A stretch of 64,000 bases of DNA from Bacteroidales bacterium (GCA_017522065.1 JAFXAD010000055.1:1072-65071), one strand, 5' to 3'. Positions 1 through 9,149 are shown, numbered from the stretch's first letter. Numbers and translations are program-made. Notes: a model not told the origin generated them from the sequence alone.

Positions 1-56
1 CTGAGTATCCAGATTGGGACTGACTTACAGATTCTGAGCGCCACATATATCTGGCC

Positions 57-644
57 TTATTTCAGGTTCATTTTCAGGCCTATGCTGAGGCGGTAGGGCT
101 TGGTTTCCTCGGCAACGTCGACCAGATTGCTGAAGCCGAATCCGCCCCAGTCGAAATAGAGCGTTGCCATCAGCTGCCGCGTCAGGCGTACCTCCATGCC
201 TAATCCGCCCCATACGCCGTCGGTCTCGCCGTTCAGTCCGAATCCGCCACGCAGCACATAGTCCACACCAATGTCGCTGCCCAGCGGGAGCGCGTGGAGC
301 GCAACAAGGGCACCGCCTGTCAGGTTCAGATCGTTGTTGTTCCAGCTGATGCTCGTGAAGTTGTCGTTGTAGGCCATTAATCCCGTTGGCGAGCAGTGCA
401 TCATCGACAGGTAACCGCCCACTTCGAGGCGTTTCCAAATCCTGACCGACGCTGTGGCGTTGAGGGCTCGGCTGGGATGGTTGCGGAGGAAGCCCGACCC
501 GAATGGGTACATTCCGTATTGGCTATAGATTTGATTGTATGTGGCGCCGACGTTGACGCGCTGCCAAACACTTTTCTGCTGCGCTGTGGCTGTGGTGGCA
601 AAAAGCATTGCCAATATAATTGATAGTCTGATTATTTTCTTCAT
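57..644 (-). CDS. small outer-membrane beta-barrel protein, function unknown
   Basis: 195-aa ORF with signal peptide MKKIIRLSIILAMLFATTATAQ. Gly/aromatic-rich alternating strand pattern. Last gene of the minus-strand ECF cassette, 48 nt after the previous gene. Confidence 0.6.
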   Translation of the reverse strand: MKKIIRLSIILAMLFATTATAQQKSVWQRVNVGATYNQIYSQYGMYPFGSGFLRNHPSRALNATASVRIWKRLEVGGYLSMMHCSPTGLMAYNDNFTSISWNNNDLNLTGGALVALHALPLGSDIGVDYVLRGGFGLNGETDGVWGGLGMEVRLTRQLMATLYFDWGGFGFSNLVDVAEETKPYRLSIGLKMNLK

Positions 645-692
645 TTCTCAAAAGAATTAAGTTCTCTATAGAATTTTCGTTTTCGTATGCAG

Positions 693-2009
693 TTAAAACG
701 TGAAGCAAACGCCTGCCGAGAAGGGGTAGAGTTTCTGGTCCACAATGGGCTTGGCGTCGGTGTTGCGGCTACTTGTGCGGAAGAGGGGTGTCAGCGATGT
801 TTCGGCGAAGAAGGAGACTCGGTTGTAGCCTATGTCCAGACGGAGTCCCAGCTGGAACGGGTTGATAAGCCGGCCCAGTCGCTCGTCTTTGGTCGAAGCC
901 ACCGTGAGTTCGTCGGTATAGAAACCATGGCGGAGGAGATGTGATTTTTTGCGATAGATTGCAAATCCAGGCCGCAGTTCGCCACCGATGTGCAGGCCTT
1001 TGTAGTCGGCCCTGGAGTGCCACTGAATACGGATAGGGAATAATATGTTTACAATGGTAAAGTCGCTATTCCACAATATTTTGCCATGCTTCTGCTCTTC
1101 GTTTGCAAAGAGTGCCGACGCGTCGACGGCTTCGAGGGTACTGATACCGCTCACGGTGTCGGTATTAAGCGACAGGTAGGCGTTGTCGACGTGGAAGGCC
1201 TCGGCTTTCATGCCGAATCCGGCCGAGATGTCCCAATGCGGCTTCTGGAAGAATGCCCAACGTGCTCCGATAGAATAATGGCCTGCCGGACGGATGCCCC
1301 AAACGAAGTTGCCCGTCGGTGCATTGAATCCGCCGAAGGGGGTACTGCCCAGCGTGCTGATGCCGAACGACCAGTCCATAAAGACCGGCACCTCGCGCGG
1401 GTCTTTGACGAGCGACGAGAAGAGTGACTCATCCACCTCGCCGCCAATCTCTACGATGCGACCGGAGCCGTATGCGTTGGAGCGCTTGTTCTTGGCCTCG
1501 ATGCTGCGGTAGCGTATCCAGCCGTAGTCCTTGGCGTCGATATAGGCTTCGTCGGCCACAACAGTTGCGGTCACTTCGATGATGCTGCCATTCTCGGCAT
1601 CGAGGGTCAATGTGTTTAGTCGAACGGTCTCGTCGTTTGCGCTTTCAAACGTAATCTTTGAATATTCTTTGGCGTTGAGCGTCAGATTTTTGCTGTTGGT
1701 GTGTACCTGGATGCCATTGCTGTAGGGGAAGTCGTTGGATGTGAACGACAGCTTGCGGCTCTCGCTGTCGAACTTGATTTTGCCTTCGGGGAACCGCAGC
1801 GAGTCGGCTTCCTCGATTGTGCCGTAGGTGACGACTGCGATATAGTTGGCCGTGTCGTAGATTATCTTGATTTCTTTTGTCGCATTGGCAATAATGTTGG
1901 CAGGAGCCCATGGCAGTTTTTGAGTCAGCACGATGGGAAACTTTTGTGCCGTTGCGCTTGTGCTCAGCAACAGGGCCAGCGGTAGCAGGATTTTTCTGAA
2001 TGTTTTCAT
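693..2009 (-). CDS. putative outer-membrane protein (N-terminal soluble domain plus C-terminal beta-barrel), ECF cassette member
   Basis: 438-aa ORF with signal peptide ending ...STSATAQ and a C-terminus ...SAGVCFTF (aromatic terminal residue). Same architecture as the 393-aa ORF at 10847-12028. Confidence 0.6.
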   Translation of the reverse strand: MKTFRKILLPLALLLSTSATAQKFPIVLTQKLPWAPANIIANATKEIKIIYDTANYIAVVTYGTIEEADSLRFPEGKIKFDSESRKLSFTSNDFPYSNGIQVHTNSKNLTLNAKEYSKITFESANDETVRLNTLTLDAENGSIIEVTATVVADEAYIDAKDYGWIRYRSIEAKNKRSNAYGSGRIVEIGGEVDESLFSSLVKDPREVPVFMDWSFGISTLGSTPFGGFNAPTGNFVWGIRPAGHYSIGARWAFFQKPHWDISAGFGMKAEAFHVDNAYLSLNTDTVSGISTLEAVDASALFANEEQKHGKILWNSDFTIVNILFPIRIQWHSRADYKGLHIGGELRPGFAIYRKKSHLLRHGFYTDELTVASTKDERLGRLINPFQLGLRLDIGYNRVSFFAETSLTPLFRTSSRNTDAKPIVDQKLYPFSAGVCFTF

Positions 2010-2057
2010 AATATTATTGATGCTTGATTATTCGTATTAAAGGTTTCTTTTGCAAAT

Positions 2058-2969
2058 TCACTCCTCGCTAAAGGCCAGCATGGTGTCGATGTTTTGTGAA
2101 CGGCGGCTCAGGGTGGCGGCAATCCGGTCGATGGTTCTGCCTACAAAGCCTTTTCTCTCCTCGGTTGCCAGCAGAGAGTTTTCGACAATGTAGCCACGCA
2201 CGACGTCGGGGCGGGTTGTCGCAGGGTCGCGCAGAGGTGTCACGTCGACCAGTCGGTCGGTTTCAACCACAATCACGCGCCCACCCACAAGTCGGGCCCC
2301 TTTTGTCGGGCGAACCTCGCCCGTCTGTGCCAAAAGCTCTTCTTTTGGGTGCGTTTGCGGTATGTTGGTGCTTTGCAAGATATTTTCGTTGTCTTCGGTC
2401 GTAATCTCTTCGTTTGTAGTCTCGTGCACACTATTGGCATAAACTTCCTGATGGGAGCGGAGTACGGATTGCGGAGTGTGGATAGGTGAGTTGTCTTTTT
2501 TGTTTTCGTGCTGAAGGCTCTTTTCGTTTTCGTATGTGGTCTGTGCCAGATATAGAGGCTCGCGCTTCTCGGGACGGATGTAAAGGCTGTCGGGCAGGAT
2601 GGTGTCGCTTACGGTTCTCTGGGCAGTGTCGGCATCGGCAGTGACTGCTCCACCGTCGTTCTGCGGCAGGAATGCGCGGACCACACCGGCAGCAACGACG
2701 AACAGCGTTATGGCGGCTGCAACGCCCATCCACATTTTCTTGCGGCTCTGTGCAGCCTTCGCTGCGACGTCGTGCATCAGGCGCTCTTTGCCAGGCATCG
2801 TCACCAGTGGAGGCGTGACGTGCAACTCAGGCGACATGATTTCTGCCAATTCGTCGCGAAGGTCGGGATGCATGTCGAGGAAAGCTTCCACTTCGGCAGC
2901 TTCGGCAGCACCAAGCTCGCCGTCGGCATAGCGCATCAGGTATCCTTCGTAGTTTTCGTTGTTTATCAT
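2058..2969 (-). CDS. anti-sigma factor (single-pass membrane protein)
   Basis: N-terminus YLMRYADGELGAAEAAEVEAFLDMHPDLRDEL is typical of an anti-sigma N-terminal domain. One TM helix (WMGVAAAITLFVVAAGVV). Directly downstream of an ECF sigma gene. Confidence 0.7.
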   Translation of the reverse strand: MINNENYEGYLMRYADGELGAAEAAEVEAFLDMHPDLRDELAEIMSPELHVTPPLVTMPGKERLMHDVAAKAAQSRKKMWMGVAAAITLFVVAAGVVRAFLPQNDGGAVTADADTAQRTVSDTILPDSLYIRPEKREPLYLAQTTYENEKSLQHENKKDNSPIHTPQSVLRSHQEVYANSVHETTNEEITTEDNENILQSTNIPQTHPKEELLAQTGEVRPTKGARLVGGRVIVVETDRLVDVTPLRDPATTRPDVVRGYIVENSLLATEERKGFVGRTIDRIAATLSRRSQNIDTMLAFSEE

Positions 2970-3020
2970 TTTTTTAAATTTTAGATTCGGATGGATTTTC
3001 CTAATTTTTTTTCGTTTTCG

Positions 3021-3506
3021 TCAATTCCGGTATTCTTCCAAGAGTTTTTTCATTGTTTTTCGTGCCCTGAAAAGGTAGACAGCCACCTGCTGTTCGCTCA
3101 GCCCCGTCATCGACGCCATCTCGCTGTATCCGTATCCTTCCAGGTCTTTCATCAGTACCAGTTGTCTTTGCACGTCGGGCAGCTGGTTTAGTGCGTGCTG
3201 CATAGCGTCGCGAAGTTCGAAGTCTGTGTGTTGTTCATACTCTTCTTGTTCGGGTTTCAAGGCTTCGCTTGCTCTGAGTTCCACGTTCTGGTGTCGATGG
3301 CTGTCGACCAGTCGTCTATATAGCAATCTTATCAGGTAGCCTTTGGCTCGGGCGGCCTCTATCGTTTCCCTTTGTTCCCACAGGGTCACGAAGACATCCT
3401 GTACGGCATCTTCGCTGGCCGCACCATGACCGGTGTAGCGCAACGCGAAGCGATAGAGGTCGTCGCCGTGCTGCTTGATGCAATCGTTATATTCCTTTGT
3501 AGTCAT
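3021..3506 (-). CDS. ECF-type RNA polymerase sigma-70 family factor
   Basis: 161 aa. Region 2 (DAVQDVFVTLWE) and region 4 (LVLMKDLEGYGYSEMASMTGLSEQQVAVYLFRARKTMKKLL) signatures. Confidence 0.9.
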   Translation of the reverse strand: MTTKEYNDCIKQHGDDLYRFALRYTGHGAASEDAVQDVFVTLWEQRETIEAARAKGYLIRLLYRRLVDSHRHQNVELRASEALKPEQEEYEQHTDFELRDAMQHALNQLPDVQRQLVLMKDLEGYGYSEMASMTGLSEQQVAVYLFRARKTMKKLLEEYRN

Positions 3507-3731
3507 CGAGTGCCTTGTGAGAGTATCTTGTCGATTATCCTTTTTTGCACAATATACGTTTGTGGTGTAAAAAATATTACAAAGGAAAAAAAGTTTTCAA
3601 GAAATCACGGATAATCACTCAATTAAATGGCGAATTATGCGAATTGCCCTAAGCTACGCAGGCTGTAAATTCTACGGCGTAGTCCTCTAATTACTCGAAA
3701 TTTTATTTCTCGCAGAAGGTGGGAAATGGAG

Positions 3732-3875
3732 TCAGTTTAAATCGCTGTCGAAAAGCATGCCGACAGCGAGAAAAAGCAGGAGGGCGGGCACCCCGAAACG
3801 GCTGCCCGCCTTGCCTGCCAAAATGCTTGCAAAAAACAGTGTCGAAAGTACGAGAAGGATTAATTCGATTTGCAT
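3732..3875 (-). pseudogene. N-terminal remnant (47 codons) of a K+/H+ (CPA1/NhaP2-type) antiporter
   Basis: MQIELILLVLSTLFFASILAGKAGSRFGVPALLLFLAVGMLFDSDLN* matches the first TM hairpin and the GVPxLLLFLxVGML motif of NhaP2-type antiporters. It stops where full-length proteins continue for more than 400 aa. No continuation seen in any frame downstream. Confidence 0.5.
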
Positions 3876-4387
3876 AGTTTCATGATTGAGAGTGCTTCGG
3901 CGCCGTGGAAGCAGGCAACTGGTGTTTCGGACTCGAAGCGGCTGCCTTCGTAGTGTCCTGCCTGGAGGAGGAGGCATGCACCGTCGGTGCTGAAGAGCAG
4001 GTCGAGGGCGCCGTTGCCACTGACTTGCGGTTTGAGACGGGAGAGGGTGAGACTGTCGTTCGAGCCCATGGCGTCGAGTGCAGTGCGATAGTCGGAAGCG
4101 GAGAGGTAGATCTTGGTGTCCTTCATACGGCACGAGGTGGGTTTATAGAAGAAGTACCACATGGAACCGCTGAGGTTCATGGCGGTGAGTATGAAGCCGA
4201 GAGCGGTGCAGATGATGCCCACTGTGAGCATAATCATGCGGAGGCTGTCGGAAGCTTCCGATGTGCGCATCATGATCAGTAGGATGATGCCGACGGCAAG
4301 GACGAGCAGTGAGGGGATGGGGTTCTGTTTTTTCTTGACGATAACGTCATTCATTTGGTTTTCGATATATTGATGAATTGTTTCCAT
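3860..4387 (-). CDS. hypothetical two-TM membrane protein (tandem paralogue 1)
   Basis: 175-aa ORF with two predicted TM helices followed by a soluble C-terminal domain. Same architecture and alignable motifs as the upstream 180-aa ORF. Confidence 0.55.
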   Translation of the reverse strand: METIHQYIENQMNDVIVKKKQNPIPSLLVLAVGIILLIMMRTSEASDSLRMIMLTVGIICTALGFILTAMNLSGSMWYFFYKPTSCRMKDTKIYLSASDYRTALDAMGSNDSLTLSRLKPQVSGNGALDLLFSTDGACLLLQAGHYEGSRFESETPVACFHGAEALSIMKLCKSN

Positions 4388-4407
4388 GTTGTTGTTTTTT
4401 AAATGTT

Positions 4408-4950
4408 TTATTTGTTGTTTTGGTTTTCTGCTGTTCCGCTTACGATAATGTCGGTGAGCGGAATGTATTTGTTGCCTTCTACGCGAGTCAGCTGGGAGTA
4501 GAACACACGTTCGTCGCGGTCGCTGTAGCGAACGAGGGCCAGCTCTGGCTGTGCGGACTTCTTCACACGGCTCAGTGCATCTTCGTCGTGGGCCTCGAGA
4601 GCGGCGACGACATCGTCCTTCACCATGGCGGAGTAGTAGGTGTAGGTCGGCTCGAGCACTGCGTGGAGTTGACGGCTATAGGGGCGTCGTGAGTCGCCAA
4701 AAAGATAATAGCACACTATGGTGACAAAACTGCATCCGCCAACAACCATCATGCCGACAAAGGTGGACGACCAGCCGGCGGAAGCGTTGGGGATCATGAA
4801 GAAAAGTACACCGCATAGTACTCCGATGGCTGTCAGTATCCAGCCTGTCCAAAAGGGGAGCAGCGTATGCCGAATCTCGGGAAGATTATAAATTGATTTT
4901 CTGATATATTCCATAATTTTATGCGTAATGATAAAACTGACAATGTCCAA
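4408..4950 (-). CDS. hypothetical two-TM membrane protein (tandem paralogue 2)
   Basis: 180-aa ORF; an alternative start MEYIRK at 4914 is possible. Two TM helices then a soluble domain. Only 20 nt from the next ORF. Confidence 0.55.
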   Translation of the reverse strand: MDIVSFIITHKIMEYIRKSIYNLPEIRHTLLPFWTGWILTAIGVLCGVLFFMIPNASAGWSSTFVGMMVVGGCSFVTIVCYYLFGDSRRPYSRQLHAVLEPTYTYYSAMVKDDVVAALEAHDEDALSRVKKSAQPELALVRYSDRDERVFYSQLTRVEGNKYIPLTDIIVSGTAENQNNK

Positions 4951-5008
4951 CAGACAAAGTGAAGCGGAGTTGAATCTTCGCTGTCTGTTTTTGTTCTATT
5001 TCATTAGT

Positions 5009-5142
5009 CGTTTTCTCGCCTCAGCATACAAGCAAGCTTGTCTGCATTCGGCTTAACGAAAACGTTCCTTTTCAAGGGACCGTTTTCTCGCCATTCCAAT
5101 ATAAGCAAACTACCATTGGTCATTTGGCTTATCGAAAACGTT
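5009..5142. repeat. two tandem extended hairpin units sharing the outer stem CGTTTTC...GAAAACG
   Basis: Unit 1 is 5009-5066 and unit 2 is 5081-5142. Both start CGTTTTCTCGCC and end GGCTTA(A/T)CGAAAACGTT. The inner parts differ but are each self-complementary (ACAAG/CTTGT in unit 1, CCAAT/ATTGG in unit 2). Confidence 0.6.
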
Positions 5143-5218
5143 GTCAAAAAAAATTTTGTAACTATATGCTCTGTAGGTTGTTATTGCCTTTGGTGAGCAT
5201 CGCAAAAAATGGATTGAA

Positions 5219-5569
5219 TCAGAGTCTCAAGCAAAGCAGGAGATAGAGGTAGCCAGGTTGCGCGCAACGAGGAATGAGCACACGGACCGGCGAGGTGGGG
5301 AATATGCATCGCGACATCGCGACTATACGGCTCAGAGGCGATGCATTCTCGTGAACGACACGCACCACGGTGGGGGCGGATACGGAAGGTTGCCCAACGG
5401 CAAGCAGGTTGTCCATCCCGAGGTCATCCCATTGGGGACGGTTGTCACGTGTGCGTTCAAGTGTATTGCTTGTTTTGTTGTGATATGCAATATGTTGTGC
5501 TGCAAACGAAGCCTGCCACCCCAGTAGGAGCAGTGCAAGGATAACAAATCGTTTGGCAGTTGTTGTCAT
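5219..5569 (-). CDS. hypothetical small secreted protein
   Basis: 116-aa ORF with a plausible signal peptide (RFVILALLLLGWQASFAAQ) and a TACCTTTG motif about 65 nt upstream. The C-terminal third looks low-quality (LLLCLRL). Confidence 0.35.
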   Translation of the reverse strand: MTTTAKRFVILALLLLGWQASFAAQHIAYHNKTSNTLERTRDNRPQWDDLGMDNLLAVGQPSVSAPTVVRVVHENASPLSRIVAMSRCIFPTSPVRVLIPRCAQPGYLYLLLCLRL

Positions 5570-5633
5570 ATCGGTCGAAATATTCTGGTTTATAATTGTT
5601 TAATGAGATATGATGCTGTTCTGTTTCTGAGTG

Positions 5634-5641
5634 CAAAGGTA
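5634..5641 (-). promoter_or_regulatory. Bacteroides-type -7 promoter motif TAnnTTTG (TACCTTTG)
   Basis: Motif on the minus strand about 65 nt upstream of the ATG at 5569. Confidence 0.35.
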
Positions 5642-5693
5642 TGCTTATTTTGCCATTTGAGGAAATTTATTTCACCCAAATGTAAAAAATGAG

Positions 5694-5701
5694 TATTTTT
5701 G
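5694..5701 (+). promoter_or_regulatory. Bacteroides-type -7 promoter motif TAnnTTTG (TATTTTTG)
   Basis: Motif about 58 nt upstream of the ribD ATG at 5759. It overlaps the TTG start of the longest ORF, which argues for the later start. Confidence 0.4.
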
Positions 5702-5758
5702 CATCCGTTTTGCATGGTCGCTTCGCTTAAAATCTTTTCAAAATCTCTCAATTCAATT

Positions 5759-6688
5759 ATGACACAGAACGAGACAGACATAATGTATATGCGCCGTTGC
5801 CTGCAGCTGGCACTGAATGGAATGGGACGGGTGCGCCCCAACCCAATGGTTGGTTGCGTCGTTGTGAAGGATGGCTCAATCCTGAGCGAAGGTTTTCATC
5901 AACATTATGGCGGCTGGCATGCCGAGCGCAACGCCATTTTGAATGCGGAGTGCGACCTGCGCGGAGCCACCCTTTATGTCAACCTTGAGCCTTGCTCGCA
6001 CTATGGGAAAACGCCTCCCTGCGCTGATCTCATCGTGGAGAAGGGTGTCAGCCGTGTGGTGTGCTGCAACGACGACCCGAACCCGCTTGTCGCGGGGCGC
6101 GGTTTTGACAAGCTCGAGGCTGCTGGCATAGAGGTGGTGCACCATGTGCTGGAAGGGGAGGGGAGACATCTTAACCGACGTTTCTTCACCTTCATGGAAA
6201 AGCAACGGCCATACATAATCCTCAAATGGGCCGAGAGTGCTGACGGCTACATGGCACCTGCAGCAAAAGGAAACTACTGGATAAGTAGCGACAGCCAGAA
6301 CCGGCTGAACCATCGCTGGCGCACAGAAGAGGCGGCGATACTGGTGGGGTCGCAGACCTATCTCGACGACCGTCCGCAGCTTACGGCTCGACAATTCTGT
6401 GGCCCGCAGCCTGCGCGGATTGTCCTCGACCGACGCGGACGGCTAACAGATGTGCCGGAAGATTGGCTGCACCTGCGCTGCGGTACGCTCACCGAGGTGG
6501 CACAGTCGCTCTTTGAGAGGAAAATCCAGTCGGTCATCGTGGAGGGTGGCAGGCAGATACTCGATGCCTTTATCGCTGAAGACATGTATGATGAAGTGCG
6601 AATCCTCCGTGGCTCGTGTCGAATGGAGTCGGGGCTCAAGGCTCCCGATGCGACGGGACTCAAAAATGTCACTATCTATACCGACTAA
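5759..6688 (+). CDS. ribD: bifunctional riboflavin biosynthesis protein RibD (pyrimidine deaminase/uracil reductase)
   Basis: Zinc-deaminase motifs HAERNAI and PCSHYGKTPPCA, followed by a reductase domain (YIILKWAESADGY...). Start chosen at MTQNETDIMYMRRCLQLA. Confidence 0.9.
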   Translation: MTQNETDIMYMRRCLQLALNGMGRVRPNPMVGCVVVKDGSILSEGFHQHYGGWHAERNAILNAECDLRGATLYVNLEPCSHYGKTPPCADLIVEKGVSRVVCCNDDPNPLVAGRGFDKLEAAGIEVVHHVLEGEGRHLNRRFFTFMEKQRPYIILKWAESADGYMAPAAKGNYWISSDSQNRLNHRWRTEEAAILVGSQTYLDDRPQLTARQFCGPQPARIVLDRRGRLTDVPEDWLHLRCGTLTEVAQSLFERKIQSVIVEGGRQILDAFIAEDMYDEVRILRGSCRMESGLKAPDATGLKNVTIYTD

Positions 6689-6704
6689 CAACTGATCTAT
6701 ACAA

Positions 6705-7307
6705 ATGTTCGACGATATATACCACACCATCAAGGCACCCTCCGAGGGTCTCTACAAGGAGAAAGGCAGCAAGTTCTTGGCTTTCGCCTTTCCGGTCCGC
6801 ACTGTCGAAGAGGTGAAGGCTCACCTCGACCAGCTGCGCAAAGACTACTTCGACGCGCGTCACCACTGCTATGCCTACATCCTCGGTCCCAACAAAGATG
6901 CTTTCCGAGCCAACGACGACGGCGAACCCAGCGGCACGGGCGGCAGACCCATCCACGGGCAACTGCTCAGCGCCGACCTTACGGACACGCTCATCGTCGT
7001 GGTGCGCTATTTCGGCGGCATACTGCTCGGTGCCAGTGGATTGGCCAATGCATACAAGACTGCAGCCCGCGACGCCATCCAGAACGCCACCATCATCGAA
7101 AAGACAATCGACATCCGCTACCGTCTGCATTTCGAATATGCCGCAATGAACGACGTGATGCGCATTGTCAAGGAATACGAGCTCTTACCTCGAAACCAGG
7201 ACTTCAATCTCGATTGCCGTCTCGATGTCGAGGTGCGTCAGTCGCTCAGTGTCCGTTTCTACGATGCTATCGCCAACCTGCGGACTGTCAGAATCGAAAC
7301 TTTGTGA
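6705..7307 (+). CDS. YigZ/IMPACT (UPF0029) family protein
   Basis: KGSKFLAFAFPV...ARHHCYAYILG...DDGEPSGTGGRPI...VVVRYFGGILLG motifs typical of the YigZ N-terminal domain. Confidence 0.8.
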   Translation: MFDDIYHTIKAPSEGLYKEKGSKFLAFAFPVRTVEEVKAHLDQLRKDYFDARHHCYAYILGPNKDAFRANDDGEPSGTGGRPIHGQLLSADLTDTLIVVVRYFGGILLGASGLANAYKTAARDAIQNATIIEKTIDIRYRLHFEYAAMNDVMRIVKEYELLPRNQDFNLDCRLDVEVRQSLSVRFYDAIANLRTVRIETL

Positions 7308-7343
7308 AATAACGTTAACCGTAACCTTAACTCCAGATACAAT

Positions 7344-9149
7344 ATGAAAAACTTAGTCGCATTCTTTGTCTTCGTTTTCGTCTTTGTTTCAGTTTCACAG
7401 GCACAAACCGTCGAACCGAATTGGAAATCAATCAACGAGCGCGGCTATCCGTGGTGGTTCAGCGACGCCCGTCTGGGCATCTTCGTCCATTGGGGCCTCT
7501 ACAGCGTGCCGGCCTACGCCAGCAAGGAGGGCTACGGCGAATGGTTCTACCGCGGCCTGATGACGGGCGACACCGCACGGCGCCGCATTATGAGCCTCTA
7601 TGCCGACACCACGCTGCCCGTATTCGAGCAGTATGCCGAACTGACAAAGCATTGGAAAGCAGAATTGTGGAATCCTGATGAGTGGGCGCAACTGTTCAAA
7701 GATGCTGGGGCGCGCTACGTGGTGCTCGTCACCAAGCACCACGACGGCTACTGCCTGTGGGACAGCCCCCAGCAGCCCGCGTGGAACAGCACCGTCAGCG
7801 GTCCGCGCCGCAACATCGTCGAGGAGCTCACCGCCGCCGTGCGTAGCAAGGGGCTCAGGATGGGCTTCTACTACTCGCTGCCCGAATGGAGCAACCCGCG
7901 CCACATCTGGATGCAGGACCCGCCCAAGAAGATTGGCGACTATGTCGACAACTATATGGTTCCGCAGTTCAAGGAGCTCGTCGGCCGCTACCGTCCCGAC
8001 CTCATTTTCACCGACGGCGACTGGCTGAACAGCGCCAAGCAGTTCCGCTCGGAGGAGCTCATCAGCTGGTACTACAACACCGTGGGTCCCAACGCTATTG
8101 TCAATGACCGCTGGGGCAGCGGCACGCAGCACGGCTTCCGCACGCCCGAATACAGCGCCGGACTCAGTGGTCAAGGCAACCGTCCTTGGGCCGAATGCCG
8201 CGGCATAGGGCGCAGCTTCGGTTTCAACCGCAACGAGGATGTCGCCAACTTCCTCACCGACCGCCAGCTGATACAGCATTTCTGCGAGCTCGTCGCCACC
8301 GGCGGTGGGCTGACCCTCAACGTAGGCCCGATGGCCGACGGTACCATTCCGTTTATCCAGCAGGAGCGTCTGCTGGCACTGGGCCGTTGGCTGAAAATCA
8401 ACGGTGAAGCCATCTACGGCTCCGAGCCACCCGACGACGGTTGGCGCTGCAAACCGGTAATTATGATCAAAGACTACAAACACATAGTCAAGTGGCTGCC
8501 CGTCAGCGACAGCATCGGCTTCGACTGGGTGCGCAACTCGCCCGACCCCACCATCGCCGTCGACGATTTCAGCGTCATCTGGGAGGGTACCGTCACCGTG
8601 CCGGCCGACGGCAAGTACACCTTCCGTGCCGAGGCCGACGATGAAATCATCGTCACCCGTGGCGACGACACCCTGCTCTACTACAACAAGAACTGGGCCG
8701 AAAACGACCGCGCCGAAAAGACGATGAAACTCAAGCAAGGACAGAAACTGCCACTCAAAGTCCACTTCTTCGAGAAGGACCTCGAAGCCTCGGCCCGGCT
8801 ATTGTGGAGCAAGGATGGCGGCGAGTTCGAACCCGTGCCGTCGGCGTGGAAAGGTATGGCCAGCTCATACCAGACCGTGCGCTGCTACACGCGCCGCGGC
8901 GACGCCTTCTACATCCTCCTCTTCGACCGTCCCGGCCAGCAGGTCAAAATGCCTCTGGACTTCATTCTGCCCGCAGAGGCCACAATCCGCCTGCTCGGCA
9001 CTAACGACAACCTACCCTGGAAGCAGGACAAGGACTACCTTACAACCATCGACCTCTCGGCCGTCAATCCCGACCAGTTAAACGCCCTCGAACATGTATG
9101 GGTGCTGAAAATTGATGATTTTGGAGGAAGATACCGATTTGATAACTAA
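7344..9149 (+). CDS. alpha-L-fucosidase (GH29) with a C-terminal PA14-like insert
   Basis: Signal peptide, then GH29-like RLGIFVHWGLYSVPAY...YVVLVTKHHDGYCLWDS. A later segment FSVIWEGTVTVPADGKYTFRAEADDEIIV resembles PA14. Confidence 0.85.
   Translation: MKNLVAFFVFVFVFVSVSQAQTVEPNWKSINERGYPWWFSDARLGIFVHWGLYSVPAYASKEGYGEWFYRGLMTGDTARRRIMSLYADTTLPVFEQYAELTKHWKAELWNPDEWAQLFKDAGARYVVLVTKHHDGYCLWDSPQQPAWNSTVSGPRRNIVEELTAAVRSKGLRMGFYYSLPEWSNPRHIWMQDPPKKIGDYVDNYMVPQFKELVGRYRPDLIFTDGDWLNSAKQFRSEELISWYYNTVGPNAIVNDRWGSGTQHGFRTPEYSAGLSGQGNRPWAECRGIGRSFGFNRNEDVANFLTDRQLIQHFCELVATGGGLTLNVGPMADGTIPFIQQERLLALGRWLKINGEAIYGSEPPDDGWRCKPVIMIKDYKHIVKWLPVSDSIGFDWVRNSPDPTIAVDDFSVIWEGTVTVPADGKYTFRAEADDEIIVTRGDDTLLYYNKNWAENDRAEKTMKLKQGQKLPLKVHFFEKDLEASARLLWSKDGGEFEPVPSAWKGMASSYQTVRCYTRRGDAFYILLFDRPGQQVKMPLDFILPAEATIRLLGTNDNLPWKQDKDYLTTIDLSAVNPDQLNALEHVWVLKIDDFGGRYRFDN

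Noticed and set aside
661-3030. Recurring TTCGTTTTCGT motif (near 675, 2523, 3012 and also 7371) as a possible regulatory site of cassette A.
   Set aside because: One copy is inside a CDS and another is in an unrelated signal-peptide region. The motif is short and T-rich, with no matching motif in cassette B. It is probably chance.
3732-4133. The full 133-aa ORF as a gene.
   Set aside because: The first 86 codons overlap the 175-aa ORF in another frame and translate to Arg/Pro-rich noise. Only the last 47 codons show antiporter-like sequence, so they are reported as a remnant.
5570-5758. FMN riboswitch expected upstream of ribD.
   Set aside because: I could not find the conserved FMN-element core in the 190-nt leader. 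Only promoter-like motifs are present.
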